Positions 45,058-56,187 of a stretch of 64,000 nucleotides of DNA are shown here, one piece after another (position 1 is the stretch's first letter; the number at the start of each line of letters is the position of its first letter). This DNA comes from Lepidodermella squamata (lineage: Eukaryota > Animalia > Gastrotricha). The notes below the pieces were generated by a model. That model was not told the origin of the DNA, did no database searches, and saw only the letters and a list, made by a program, of their open reading frames with translations. The DNA is taken from positions 186,001-250,000 of the forward strand of contig JBLDXI010000012.1 in NCBI GenBank assembly GCA_047495785.1, written 5' to 3'. A program made the translations under genes and the position numbers.

Positions 45058-45569
45058 TTCTCTGGGAAAAGTGAAAAATCAAAAATAAATTCATCTTTCA
45101 TATTCGAGAATTAACCTGATTTGCGTAGTAATGCAGCTGAAAATGAAGATACGTCAGCGCTTCCGAAAAATCCCAATATTACAAGCTGAATGAAGAAGAG
45201 CAGGAGATGTCCTCTCATCATCGAGATTTAGCGCCGCCGAGATCGATTCTTTGATCTGACCTAATATCCCAATTTATTATTGGGGTAATCATAGGGATGA
45301 AGAGAATGATGGCTCAGCCACGCGATTTATTCTATTTCTTCTAACTTGAAATTTATTTGAGATAACATACTTATTTCTCTGACTCATTGCCGGACAGCTG
45401 TTAATACGGAAATCTACGTAACTTCTATTGATTAGATTTATTCTGAGCCATTTAAATAATTCCTTACTCATATAATTGCAGGGGTCAGTCCTATTTTTTG
45501 TTTATTTTCGCATTTTTGATGAATCACGCTTCAAATGCATATAGGAGGAGTGAGGAAATTGTACACATT

Positions 45570-45828
45570 TTATTTCTCGTCAATGATTAATATATCTGAA
45601 AGTATAAATAGCGAAAAATCACTGTGAATGGGGATCACACCCTCGATACCTATGGAGGCCACGAATCCGGTCAACGTGCGCGCATGATTTATGCGTTTCA
45701 GTATAATATCCGGAAATAGCGCGTCGTCGGGGGAATTTCTTTTATCAATTAAAGGGAAAGCTTGACAGTTTGACATAAATATCCGATTGAACCTTCAAAA
45801 CAAACGAGATCCACGCTGCACTCTTCAT
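45570..45828 (-). pseudogene. Possible disrupted secreted-peptide gene
   Basis: ATG at 45828 gives MKSAAWISFVL.., out of frame with ..FMSNCQA-FPLIDKR..ILKR.. Confidence 0.3.
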
Positions 45829-45881
45829 TCATTTCAATTCATCCGAAAATATTTCTTAGAAAATCGTATTATTTGCGACAA

Positions 45882-46163
45882 ATGGCGCCTAAAAATTGCT
45901 GGATTGCCGTAGTTTTAGTTCTTGCCGCGCTTCTGCCGGCCTCTGTCGACTGCTACACCTGGAACGAGCTACATCGCTTTGTTAACACGAACCGCAGACC
46001 TGTTGCTATTCGAAAAATTCAAGCAAATCCGCTCGAAGAAACGAAGTCGGAAATCGGACTTGCCGAAGATCTCGAACCCCTGCTCGAAGAATCTCGATTG
46101 AAGGAACCAGGCAGCCCTGAGCCTATTTTCGAGGATCCTTTTGGTGTTGTTTTGAACATTTAA
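45882..46163 (+). CDS. Secreted peptide precursor
   Basis: aaATG at 45882; signal peptide MAPKNCWIAVVLVLAALLPASVDC; AATAAA at ~46185. Confidence 0.87.
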   Translation: MAPKNCWIAVVLVLAALLPASVDCYTWNELHRFVNTNRRPVAIRKIQANPLEETKSEIGLAEDLEPLLEESRLKEPGSPEPIFEDPFGVVLNI

Positions 46164-46269
46164 ACATAGCAGAATTATTTCACCAATAAACAAAACAGAA
46201 TTGCTGTATTTTTACGCTATTTTTTTTATTTCCCAAGGAAGGGTATATCGTAAACAGGACAATGAATAA

Positions 46270-46845
46270 TTAATGGATTTTAAGGTAGGTCGAATTCGGC
46301 TGGCGGTATTTGTATTTGAAAGGGTAGGCGATAATCCTAGCCTCTTTGTTGCCCCTCGCATCGCTGTAGTTGGAATATCTCATCGTCGATCTTCTGAATC
46401 GCCGGCCAATTTCTTTACGCTCGACCAAGGCTTTGAAGTAATCTTTTTGCTGCTGTAGTTTCAGCAGCTTCGCCTTTTCCTCCTCCTGTTTGCGGCGCTG
46501 AGTTTGCATTTTGGCGTAGGTACCGCCGACTCTTTTAGTTAGACTGCCATACCTTTCGCCGCTGTCCTTGGATAGACTGCCAAACATTTCGCTACTGTCC
46601 TTGGTTCGACTGCCAAACCTTTCGCCGCTGTCCTCCTCTTCGTGGCTTCTCCGTCTCAGCTCCTCGAGCAGTTTTGCGCGTTCAGCTGCGAGCATCTGCC
46701 GCTTTAAAGTTTTCATTTTGGTATAGTATCCACCGAATCTTTTGGATAAATCAATCGAGGAATCATCTTCCTCTGACGAGACAGCTGTAATACTCTTGAA
46801 CAGAGTAATGCATAGTAAAGCGACAACCAACTTGATATTTATCAT
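46270..46845 (-). CDS. Multi-peptide prohormone with internal duplications
   Basis: Signal peptide; KR-FGGYYTKMKT..ERAKLL and KR-VGGTYAKMQT..EKAKLL; three 11-aa repeats; RRFRR site. Confidence 0.9.
   Translation of the reverse strand: MINIKLVVALLCITLFKSITAVSSEEDDSSIDLSKRFGGYYTKMKTLKRQMLAAERAKLLEELRRRSHEEEDSGERFGSRTKDSSEMFGSLSKDSGERYGSLTKRVGGTYAKMQTQRRKQEEEKAKLLKLQQQKDYFKALVERKEIGRRFRRSTMRYSNYSDARGNKEARIIAYPFKYKYRQPNSTYLKIH
46534..46632. repeat. 3 x 33-bp in-frame tandem repeat (DS[GS]E[RM][FY]GS[RL][TS]K)
   Basis: DSGERFGSRTK / DSSEMFGSLSK / DSGERYGSLTK. Confidence 0.9.
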
Positions 46846-46976
46846 AGCTTCAAAAATGTTAAAATTTAAACTTTATTTTATTTCTGGGAAAAATATTATT
46901 CGAAATGAGTCGCCCACTCGGCTCATTTCAAATTCGGCGTTAGGTAGGGCTATTGAATTCGCAGTGGGTAGCGTTT

Positions 46977-47279
46977 TTAGAGCGTAAAAATGTGTGACCA
47001 CTGCATCATAGTGGGCACGGCCACTGTTTTCGGCCTCAAATCAATGCGATTGCGCACCACGTTTGTCTGCATGTTGCGCACGAAATTGCGCCAGTTGCCT
47101 TTCGCCTTCAGCTGCTGGCTGAGCGGTGCGTCCGTTTGCACCACGCTGCTTGTTTTCGACAATTGATCGAATATCTTACTGAGAGCGACACTACCGTTCG
47201 GCGGGGCGTTTTGGCCAGCCACTGTCACAGGAACTAGGCTGCTAACAACAAACAATAAGATAAAAAGTGAAAACGCCAT
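46977..47279 (-). CDS. Secreted small protein
   Basis: Signal peptide MAFSLFILLFVVSSLVPVTVA. Confidence 0.86.
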   Translation of the reverse strand: MAFSLFILLFVVSSLVPVTVAGQNAPPNGSVALSKIFDQLSKTSSVVQTDAPLSQQLKAKGNWRNFVRNMQTNVVRNRIDLRPKTVAVPTMMQWSHIFTL

Positions 47280-47608
47280 GTTTCGAAAACAATATGAAAT
47301 TTTAATTCATGATCTTCTATATTTATTATTCAGCCGCGGGCGAAAGGTATTTCAGTTAATTAATATATTGCCTTTAGGGACATTAGCCTAAAAATGCGTG
47401 CTAATCGCCCACCCTTGGAGTAAATAAAAAAATCGATGATTTAACTGGAACAAAGACGTAAAATTTAAATTTTTTATTAATTTATTTTTGAGGCACTAGA
47501 AAATCCCGGCGTATTATTGGAAAAATAACGTAAACAACAAATATCCGTTTCACACGAAATAAATACGCGGCAAAATGAGGTATTTAGTAAATATAAAATA
47601 AATAAATA

Positions 47609-47902
47609 ATGCCAACTAAATTCTGTCTACTTTTCGCTATAATAGCCCTTATTTCTTACAGCCGGACAGTTGTGTCTTTGGAATCCGGCCTGGTGTTAAA
47701 TTTCAAAGGTGACAGCATTACCATGAAGGAAGGACCAAAATCGGCTCAACCAAATATTCAGCACTTGGTTCGAACGTCACATGACGGAAAGCGGTCTCAT
47801 CCCGTCCAAAAAACACCCGAAACGACGACTCCGCTGACGCATTTCGAATACCCAGGAGCTTTTTGGCACGAGGAATTTTTCCCGATTATTGGACTGCGTT
47901 AG
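47609..47902 (+). CDS. Secreted peptide precursor
   Basis: Signal peptide MPTKFCLLFAIIALISYSRTVVS; GKR site; AATAAA downstream. Confidence 0.86.
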   Translation: MPTKFCLLFAIIALISYSRTVVSLESGLVLNFKGDSITMKEGPKSAQPNIQHLVRTSHDGKRSHPVQKTPETTTPLTHFEYPGAFWHEEFFPIIGLR

Positions 47903-48247
47903 TTGATAATAGCTATAGCTGGTAGAATGAATAAAGACATAATTACGAATTTCCCTGATACATTTTTTTTTCTGGCCCTCACATGACCGGCACATGACAA
48001 TCGCATGACACAACTCCTTGCAATTACCCCCACCCATTTTCCACGTTTTGAAACAAACCAGAAAATTTTCACATCCCACAGTCACGCGAAGCAATAAATA
48101 AGAAGCCTTATTCATGGCACAGAGCCATTAAATACCTTAAATCTTTCACAGATCAAGGACGGTAATTACATTCCTACTGCATAAAAGCCCACGCCGAACG
48201 CACTGAATAGCCAGATCTTTATCCTTATTTTTCTCGCGAAATTCAAA

Positions 48248-48547
48248 ATGCTGAATAGAGTTATCATTATTGTTCTTGTTTTTGCCATTTCGGCCGTTGC
48301 GGCGAACAGCGTGTCCTCAGAATCCGCTCGAAGTCTGCTGTCCGACCCATCCTTGTGGTTCCACGACCACTCTGCAGCTACAGAATTCCTAGGCGAGGAG
48401 CATCCGCACATGGAAAACCAGGCATTCGGCTCGTTCAGTTCGCAGAAAGCTCTTCTCAACGGCGATTTTGCCCCGTTACTTTCGAACATCCTCTACGGCG
48501 GAAACGCCGGATCGAATGATAACATGCGTAATGCATTAGGAAAATGA
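48248..48547 (+). CDS. Secreted peptide precursor ending LGK
   Basis: caaaATG; signal peptide MLNRVIIIVLVFAISAVAA. Confidence 0.87.
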   Translation: MLNRVIIIVLVFAISAVAANSVSSESARSLLSDPSLWFHDHSAATEFLGEEHPHMENQAFGSFSSQKALLNGDFAPLLSNILYGGNAGSNDNMRNALGK

Positions 48548-48765
48548 TAAGCACTTGAATTCAATCTATCACACACGTAAATTGCTGAGAAAAATTCATC
48601 ATATAGGATAGAGCCGAAATTAATCCCCCATTTTCGTGTCACATATCAAGTACTGTTCCCAGGTACTGTTCCGATTTCAATAAAAATATCATTTGCGTCA
48701 CTCCCCCGCTCTTTTTTGAATGGCTTTTATTGCTGGCAGTGGTCAAGTAATTTCAGTATTTGGCA

Positions 48766-49050
48766 ATGCTGTTAAAGTTTTTTATTTTATTCGCAATTTT
48801 GGCCTGTGCAACTGCCAGCAGGCTGCCTCCTTACAAAGGTCAACTAATTAGCAACTCAGCCGGTCGAATTATAGGGCGCGATGACCCACTTGTTTTGCAA
48901 AGACAAGCAGTGTTTAAGCCGAGATCAGCCCAGCACGACCTAGCTCGACCACGAAGCAATGTTTATCTGCGAAAGTTATTGAATGGCTTCGTATCTAAGA
49001 ACAAGCCGCCGCAAATTATGACAGTGGACACTGTAAATCGATTTCCATAA
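48766..49050 (+). CDS. Secreted basic peptide
   Basis: ATG at 48766; signal peptide MLLKFFILFAILACATA. Confidence 0.86.
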   Translation: MLLKFFILFAILACATASRLPPYKGQLISNSAGRIIGRDDPLVLQRQAVFKPRSAQHDLARPRSNVYLRKLLNGFVSKNKPPQIMTVDTVNRFP

Positions 49051-49314
49051 ATCAGCAGCCTACGCGCTGACAACATGGTGATGAGCACTGGTTTTAATTA
49101 TATACTAATAAAATTTGAATGACACGTCAGTCATCAGTGATTATTATAGATCAGAAAAAGCGGAAATGACGATGTGCCTAGGCGGTACAAATGGCCAATT
49201 CACGCCTTGTTAAGTGCTGTCTAATCGCACCTAATCAGCCGAAAATAATTTCGGCGGCTCTGATTAGCCCACTTGCTATTTTTGTCCATTCGATTATTTT
49301 TTGCATTTTCAAAT

Positions 49315-49581
49315 ATGTTGCGTCATCTTTTCATTTTCGCTGCGGCTATTTTTGCCCTAGCTCAATGTCGGGGCAAAGCGTCGGCACCTGTCTTTGTTCC
49401 TGCCGAGGCCCTGGCTTCCGATAATTTACCCGAGCTCTTCATTATCGGACCGTCAAGCACTGCTCTTCTGAGGCACGGCAACGAAAATGTGAAACATGGT
49501 AAAAGCAGCAAGGCCGGCGGTCATCATTCGCGGAAAAAGCAAGTCGACGGATTTCGAAGCAGAAACACACTTCCTATGTGA
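49315..49581 (+). CDS. Secreted peptide precursor
   Basis: ATG at 49315; signal peptide MLRHLFIFAAAIFALAQC; RKK site. Confidence 0.84.
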   Translation: MLRHLFIFAAAIFALAQCRGKASAPVFVPAEALASDNLPELFIIGPSSTALLRHGNENVKHGKSSKAGGHHSRKKQVDGFRSRNTLPM

Positions 49582-49802
49582 AATAGACGAATTTTAATTT
49601 AGTGAATTGCTAGGAATAAAGCTTAGGAATTTGACCACTACTTCATTTACTTAGCCTAATCAAATCACCTACATATTAGAGGGCGCCACCACGTGATTGA
49701 GAGAATGGACGATATGTCGAATGTCACTGCCCTAGTTTTGCCTTTTTGAGTCGACATCTGCAGACATTTTCAGCATTGTGAACTCTTCTCAGCAAACAAA
49801 AT

Positions 49803-50060
49803 ATGTTCAAGTCGAAGATTTTATTCGCGATCGCAGTCGTGATTCTTCTATTGAACGTGACTTATTGCTTTACTGCTAGCGAGCCTGGACAGCTAACCCG
49901 CCGATTCAAACGATATGCCGCTAGAGCTAATGTCCCGAACCGGAGGTACACTGAACGCTCGATGGCCATGATGTGGGCTGAGCCCTTAGTCCGACCAGAT
50001 AGCAACAAAGCTCGTCATCTTTCACGCGTGCGATGGTCATCAATTTTCAATAATTATTAA
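49803..50060 (+). CDS. Secreted precursor with RFKR site
   Basis: Signal peptide MFKSKILFAIAVVILLLNVTYC; RRFKR. Confidence 0.87.
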   Translation: MFKSKILFAIAVVILLLNVTYCFTASEPGQLTRRFKRYAARANVPNRRYTERSMAMMWAEPLVRPDSNKARHLSRVRWSSIFNNY

Positions 50061-50820
50061 GCTGGACTCTTAATTTTCGCAGTTCATTGACATTCGGCGT
50101 TGAACGCCGCTGTTACATGATATAAAGCTTATATAACTCCTCAAACCTGTAGTTTATCAATTTTAGGTACCTGATGTTAGAATATTATCATTATTAATAA
50201 AAGCTCATTATTATATATTATACTGCTAATCAGTAAAAGTTGAAGTACGCTTGAACCCTATCAAAAGCTGCGTTGAAAATTAGCCGAGCTGATAATTTAA
50301 ATTGGCAAAATTAGGAGTGGAACTTGACAGGAACATCCCAGGACATTATTTTGGAGGAATAATTCCAACTTCAAAGCGAAAGAAAAATAATTTTAGCTGA
50401 GCTATTGAATGGTGGAATTCCTGGTTAGATGAAAAAATGACACATCCGATTTGATTTCAAGCTGACCTTCGCCGGCGTGAATAACACAAATAACAATCTT
50501 GAATAACAAAATGTAGCTGGATGCGGACAGAGCACCTAAGCGACGTAGGTGGACGGAGAAAAACATGGAGGCTAACTTAGAATAGCCACCAGCCACGCAA
50601 GTTTAGACCTCGCGCTATCGGCTGCGTAGTGATCGCCTCCGTTCTTCTAACGAGTCCAGGCGAGCTTGTTAAAAATTAATTGCAAAAATTCAAGACCTCG
50701 ACTGCCTGGGCAAACGTGGCTTTGCTGTATAAAGAGCATTAACACTCCATTCACAATATTGATGCGATTTATATGATATTAAATAACATGCAATTTTCGA
50801 CCTCAGCTTTCCTCAAATTC

Positions 50821-51147
50821 ATGGCATTCAACCCTAAACCAGCTCATCTTTTTCTGTGCTGGCTTCTGATATTCGAAATGCTTCCAGTCTTTGAAAGCCG
50901 ACCAGTACCCGCTGACCTCTTATCGCTGACACTTGTTAAGCGATCACCAACGAAAATTTCTCTTGAGGCACGGAACAAGTGGAAGGTACGAGTCAACCCG
51001 GCGAATGCAGTAGCGAAATTAGAAAAGCTGAAAGCTAGCCTGCGGTCTGCTCCCTTCAATTCGAAACCTGACGTCAGTTCTCTGCGTGGAAGGCTCATCT
51101 TCAAAGTCGGCCAACCTGGCCGTAAAACTATTAGAAGACAACCTTAA
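50821..51147 (+). CDS. Secreted basic precursor
   Basis: ATG at 50821; HLFLCWLLIFEMLPVFES then RP; KR site; TATAAA at ~50728. Confidence 0.8.
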   Translation: MAFNPKPAHLFLCWLLIFEMLPVFESRPVPADLLSLTLVKRSPTKISLEARNKWKVRVNPANAVAKLEKLKASLRSAPFNSKPDVSSLRGRLIFKVGQPGRKTIRRQP

Positions 51148-51393
51148 ATCTTGAAATATTATAATATGATTATATACAGCAGACATCAGGCTGAAATCAA
51201 ACAACTTTCAAATAAATGTTCAATTTGTTCACTATTTATGGTTCATTTTTAATCAAAGGGTTCGGGTGCTGAAACATGGTTATATTAAGTATGAAGCTAT
51301 TCGGTAATTCGTACATATTCGCAATCCAACCTCAGCCCAAACCCTAATCCCAACGTTATCATCAGCCTTAACCCTGATCTCTACACTTACTCC

Positions 51394-51424
51394 AACCCTA
51401 ACCCTAACCCTAACCCTAACCCTA
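51394..51424. repeat. Interstitial telomere-type repeat (AACCCT)5 = TTAGGG on the minus strand
   Basis: Five exact units preceded by degenerate copies from ~51325. Confidence 0.85.
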
Positions 51425-51893
51425 TTCTAAGTACAATGGCCTTTCAATAAAAAAGATTTCAACCCAATGGAGTTTCGATTAAAACTCGTCACAGGGAATA
51501 AGATAGTACAAAGCCAATAATTAAAGGTGAAATGAGGCTGAAACATTGTTCTCACCTCAATATCGAACTTTTATTGACAACAATATTCTAAGCCTTGGTT
51601 TAAAGTTTGAACGTTGGTGGAAATTTGCGTTATTAATCAATAGCGCTAATCATAAAGCCTTTTCCATGACGTTTTCTCTTAGAGCTTTAACCGCTAGATC
51701 CAGAGCAGTAAGTCTATCGATTTTACAAGCCAGCAATTATCGCTCTAGGTTGTTGTTTTTTGTCATAATAAGTTGGAACGGCTGCGAAGAAGAGTGGGTG
51801 GCTAATTGCGCGATAATATATATTTCTGCGCACTCGCCCGCACCTGACTTATATGGTCCTTATGACCTTCATAGTATAACGAGCAACTATAGC

Positions 51894-52190
51894 ATGGCAA
51901 CTGTTCTACGACCAACTGCTCATATTTGGCTGCTAGGTTTAGCCAGCATCGTTATCATTGCTGTATCACGATGCAGTGCAGATAGCGGGAACGACATCTA
52001 TCTGGATTCGAGCTTTGACGAAAATCCGTTCTTTGGCCGGCATTTCGACGAACGCAAAAGTGCACCGGCTAAAATTGTCAACGCCATTCGATACCAGCCC
52101 CGGCTAGAACCACGATCCTCATCGCCGAAAGCTGGTGTTAGAGCCAACCGCGTTATCATGTCGAAAAAGAAGCCATGGAAGCTGTCATGA
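51894..52190 (+). CDS. Secreted peptide precursor
   Basis: ATG at 51894; signal peptide ..HIWLLGLASIVIIAVSRCSA; ENPFF-GR; RK site. Confidence 0.84.
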   Translation: MATVLRPTAHIWLLGLASIVIIAVSRCSADSGNDIYLDSSFDENPFFGRHFDERKSAPAKIVNAIRYQPRLEPRSSSPKAGVRANRVIMSKKKPWKLS

Positions 52191-52879
52191 AATTATTCGT
52201 GATACATGTTGGTTGGATGCCACCGATTTAAATCAGTCACAATAGCGTTATGATATCTTTAATAAACCCATTTCAAATAAATAAAACTAACTCAGTGAAT
52301 TCAGCGTCTTTGATGTCTGGATGTTAATTGTCGTGGGATAGAAGGTTTCACGTATAATTAAAACGGTCAATTGTTCCTGATTCACATTATTAGACAAAGA
52401 CTATTTAATTAGTTGTGAAACACTAATTGAAACCGACACTGAGACAGAGTTTAACATGGGATTGAATATAAGATCAAGAAAATTATTCCAAAAGTTATCA
52501 GCCTCGCCGGATTTCGGTCATTTCCAGTCCTAGGACAAGTAGACTGAGCCAGAAGTTGCATCTATTGCCGCTTATTGTTTTGATTTCGATATAATGCTTA
52601 TTATTATCTTTTCCCAAAAGACTTCACCTTGTTTACTAGCGGATTTGAAGACAAATCATTTTCGTGTAATCAATCAGAATCAAAATCATTAAATTATAGT
52701 AATCCATCGCGTCCACAGCAGTTTTTTAGTGTTCCAGGTCCTTGTTTTCCCTTTTCACAGTAATCCATCGCAGCCCAAACACCCAAACAATCGCGGAAAA
52801 ACTTGTTGTTCTCAGCCAGACACTATTTAAACTCAGGTCTTTTCACTGTCTAGGTACAATATCTTTCGCGAGGTAAATT

Positions 52880-53338
52880 ATGTCGACCACATCGATTGTC
52901 CTACTAGTACTACTTAGGCTGGGATCAAGCTGCTTGGCAAGCGTCTATGATGCTGATTCAGAAGAATACTTCACTGAGGCTAAGCGATTCGCTGTCGTGA
53001 AGGAAGGTGTCTTCGGCGGATCATTCCGGCGTAATTCTCTCTACAAACAGGCAACACTACCCCCTGCTCCAGTCGACCATCCAAAAATGCCATCAGCAAT
53101 TCATGCAATAATGTCAGCAAGTAAGCAAGATAACAAGGAAAGTTATCAAAGCAATCCGGAGCGAAGCGATATCAAGAATGGCCAAGCTTGGGTTAAGATG
53201 CTATACTCGGGAATCGATAAAGCAGATCGGCCAGCTGCGATTAAGTATCCCGACTACGCAAAGAAGATCGCACAGCTTTCGAAACTCAGTATTGTCAAGA
53301 TGATGAACGAGGCGTTCGGAAAGCCTATTACTGAGTAG
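52880..53338 (+). CDS. Secreted precursor, [KR]R..K.G family
   Basis: Signal peptide MSTTSIVLLVLLRLGSSCLA; KR-FAVVKEGVFGGSF-RR. Confidence 0.87.
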   Translation: MSTTSIVLLVLLRLGSSCLASVYDADSEEYFTEAKRFAVVKEGVFGGSFRRNSLYKQATLPPAPVDHPKMPSAIHAIMSASKQDNKESYQSNPERSDIKNGQAWVKMLYSGIDKADRPAAIKYPDYAKKIAQLSKLSIVKMMNEAFGKPITE

Positions 53339-53557
53339 AGACACAAACACTTTCTTTCATTTCGTATTATCACGTGTGTATTAGATGTTCACCATTTGCC
53401 GGTCGAAAACCTTAATCAATGTTTCATGAATTAGAGTAAAACGTAATGGTATAGAACTAAGCTCCGTTTCTGGTAATCCGGGTAGTAATCACATCCCACG
53501 TGGTCATTCTGTTTCCCCGAAACATTTTCACCAGAATCATCGTCAGATCAACCGAAA

Positions 53558-53983
53558 ATGTATCCCCGATTGTTTCTGGTTCTTATCTTCGCTTTCTTGG
53601 ATACCAGCGACGGATTCAGCAGAGTTTCGCATCCACAGAGCAGTTATGCTGGTTATTTCATGCGACTTCCGACGAGCGCCATCAAAAGGGTGGTGCCGTT
53701 TAAGAGCGGGTTTGTCGGTAGTAATTACAAGCGGACCGTTTCCCTTTCTCCCGGCTTCCGAGATCGCGCTGTTGCTCCGGGGAAGCCCTACGAAAGGAAT
53801 TATATGAATCCAGCGGCTCAACCGAATGCTTTGGATCTAGGCGCCGAGCGAATGCGTAATTTCATGTCATTCCGTCTTCGAAACGGAGCCCTCGGACAAA
53901 CTTGGGTGCGCAAGATTACGCGCCCACGCCAATCTTCTTCTTCATACTTTAGAGGAAACACGGCTCAGCGAAACTACTACTAA
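53558..53983 (+). CDS. Secreted precursor, [KR]R..K.G family
   Basis: aaaATG; signal peptide MYPRLFLVLIFAFLDTSDG; KR-VVPFKSGFVGSNY-KR. Confidence 0.88.
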   Translation: MYPRLFLVLIFAFLDTSDGFSRVSHPQSSYAGYFMRLPTSAIKRVVPFKSGFVGSNYKRTVSLSPGFRDRAVAPGKPYERNYMNPAAQPNALDLGAERMRNFMSFRLRNGALGQTWVRKITRPRQSSSSYFRGNTAQRNYY

Positions 53984-54176
53984 CATTATTGATATAGTCA
54001 AGGATCCTCAATTATTGAGAGGTATGATAAATAAAAGCATCTGGCAACAACGTGTCTTTTTGTAACCATCAATCTTCGGCGGAAAATGATTAATTTTCGT
54101 TTTCTCAGAGACTCTATAGCGTTAATCCTATAGGCCATATGAAAAGGAGAACTCAATCAGCTGACACTTTTTCAAA

Positions 54177-54530
54177 ATGAATTTCACACATGTTTCAATT
54201 TTACTATTCCTATTATCAGTGATTCGCTGCCAAAATGCATCGAAGTCCAGGTTTCAGTGTGACATGTCGCCTTTTGTCAGCCGCGTACGACGCTTCGCTT
54301 CTTCAAAACAAGGAATTTTCAGCTCCATGCAGCGCTCTGGATTCAGCAGTCGCGAAAAGCATCTTCGCCGTAATTTTGTGTCAGCGGCCCCTATTGCCGA
54401 TTTCCGAGACGCTCGCTTGGGGCATTTGGTAGCCACAAATCGAGCCCAACATCAAACCCGAGTTCGAGCGATTCCTCGCGATATTTCAGGCTATTTTACA
54501 GGCAGGGTGATCAGTCGCAGATATTTTTAG
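54177..54530 (+). CDS. Secreted precursor, [KR]R..K.G family
   Basis: caaaATG; signal peptide MNFTHVSILLFLLSVIRC; RVRR-FASSKQGIFSSM. Confidence 0.87.
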   Translation: MNFTHVSILLFLLSVIRCQNASKSRFQCDMSPFVSRVRRFASSKQGIFSSMQRSGFSSREKHLRRNFVSAAPIADFRDARLGHLVATNRAQHQTRVRAIPRDISGYFTGRVISRRYF

Positions 54531-54824
54531 ATTCTCACATTGCCACAATAAAGAAATCGTTATTTCATTTCATAGGATACAAATAAACTGGTGTATCTAG
54601 TATTGTACAGCCCTCAAGGCAAGGTTATAATCGATTGAAAAGCTAATTAGCTACCTTATATTCCTAGAAAAGTCACTAATAAAATATCGTTTGTTTACAA
54701 GAAAAAGCGCTTAGCATCCAGCTTAAGTTGCGAAGGAGTACGTGGTATAATCCTACCAACATCAATTTTATACCGTGAAAAACTTGTGAATGGTTCAGTC
54801 TAGAAAGAACTGTACTCGGCTGCA

Positions 54825-55145
54825 ATGTCAACAAAACAGCGAGTTTTCGTTACCTTGATTTTTTTCCTATCATTAATAGGACAGTCTGCCGATTGCGTGC
54901 CGATTGCCGGCAGTTCAGATGCTTCTAAATTGAACAAAAATGATCAGAGAGGTTTCTTTGCAAACTTGGAGCGATTCTTCCTGCGTACACGTTCGAGAGC
55001 GATTCATGCGAAAAATCATTGGACCATTGGCCCTTCCGCCCGTTACGATTACAAAGACGCCTTGCTGAGACATCCGATCTCGCCTAACAAGAATCGCGCA
55101 TCAGTTTACTACCAGCAGCTTGTTCGCCAGCCAACGGCGATTTGA
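54825..55145 (+). CDS. Secreted peptide precursor
   Basis: Signal peptide MSTKQRVFVTLIFFLSLIGQSADC; RTRSR site. Confidence 0.86.
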   Translation: MSTKQRVFVTLIFFLSLIGQSADCVPIAGSSDASKLNKNDQRGFFANLERFFLRTRSRAIHAKNHWTIGPSARYDYKDALLRHPISPNKNRASVYYQQLVRQPTAI

Positions 55146-55374
55146 GACATCTGATCTTACTCGATGGAAAGTACTAGAATTCCTATTTTATCCGATAGTA
55201 AAATCAGAATAAAACAGCACTCAGCGCCCACGGGTATCGCGTGTACTTATAATTAGAGGGCCATGACGCCATCGGATTGCAGCAGGATGATTAAAATTCC
55301 CCGCAATGACCAACGTCAAAAATATCAATTGATATTTCATATTTTTCTTCGTTTCTCTTTTACTTGACATTATT

Positions 55375-55635
55375 ATGGCAGCAAGAGCACTTTTAGCGAT
55401 TTTCTTAGCAATCCAACTAATCGGAATGCTACATGACTTGCCGATCTCAGTCGAAGCTCAAATGGCTCACAAAAACAGCTACATCGTGGTGGTAAATAAG
55501 CACTATCCATTGGTGCGACCCAGGCAGAAGAATGTACTCGATAGCAAAACGTTGGCTGCCGTCTCCGTCAATGGCCCGATTAATAATAATAGGAAGTCAC
55601 ACGTACTCTTCTCATCTGCGTCAGGTTTCGTTTAG
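55375..55635 (+). CDS. Secreted peptide
   Basis: Signal peptide MAARALLAIFLAIQLIGMLHDLPISVEA. Confidence 0.8.
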   Translation: MAARALLAIFLAIQLIGMLHDLPISVEAQMAHKNSYIVVVNKHYPLVRPRQKNVLDSKTLAAVSVNGPINNNRKSHVLFSSASGFV

Positions 55636-55764
55636 AACGCAAGTGAACTGCGATCCTATTTAAATCCACAGTGACTAATTGCTTTTTGGGGAAGAGCTTA
55701 TGTTCTCAACAGTTCACACTGAAAATAAAACTGGCAGAGGTCAAATCAATTTTTTTAAAGCAGG

Positions 55765-56076
55765 ATGTCAATTTTTTTGTTTGTAGCCTTTTTCGGGGTC
55801 TTGCTACAGGCAATGGCCATAAGTAGCTACAATTATGAAGATATCACAGATCAAACCGGTTACCCGGTCTATGCGGCTAGTCAATTCGATGATACACCGA
55901 GAATGAAACGAGATTCCGCCGCAAGATTGCGCAGTCATCAGGTCCCAGGACTTCTGCGTGTTTCCACGCCAAGAATCTGGAGTGCTCTGCAGTCAAACAC
56001 ACCACGGGCAAAGCAGCGTCTCACGGTTATAAGAGTGCCTGACAATAGATTACGTATTCTCGTAAAAGCCGGTTGA
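55765..56076 (+). CDS. Secreted precursor with RMKR site
   Basis: Signal peptide MSIFLFVAFFGVLLQAMAISS; acidic pro-region; RMKR; terminal Gly. Confidence 0.87.
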   Translation: MSIFLFVAFFGVLLQAMAISSYNYEDITDQTGYPVYAASQFDDTPRMKRDSAARLRSHQVPGLLRVSTPRIWSALQSNTPRAKQRLTVIRVPDNRLRILVKAG

Positions 56077-56187
56077 ATTGCTTAATTTATTTCCTAACCA
56101 GTGATCATCCATCGTTTGAATAAAATTCACTCTAAATGAAGTTTCATGATATGGTCACTCAATTTCAAAATGCTAGTGAATAAGGTA

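Noticed and set aside
51546-51893. Long N-terminal extensions in the ORF track (also 61111, 32138, 13995, 12450)
   Set aside because: Non-ATG or poor-context starts; a downstream ATG directly precedes the signal peptide
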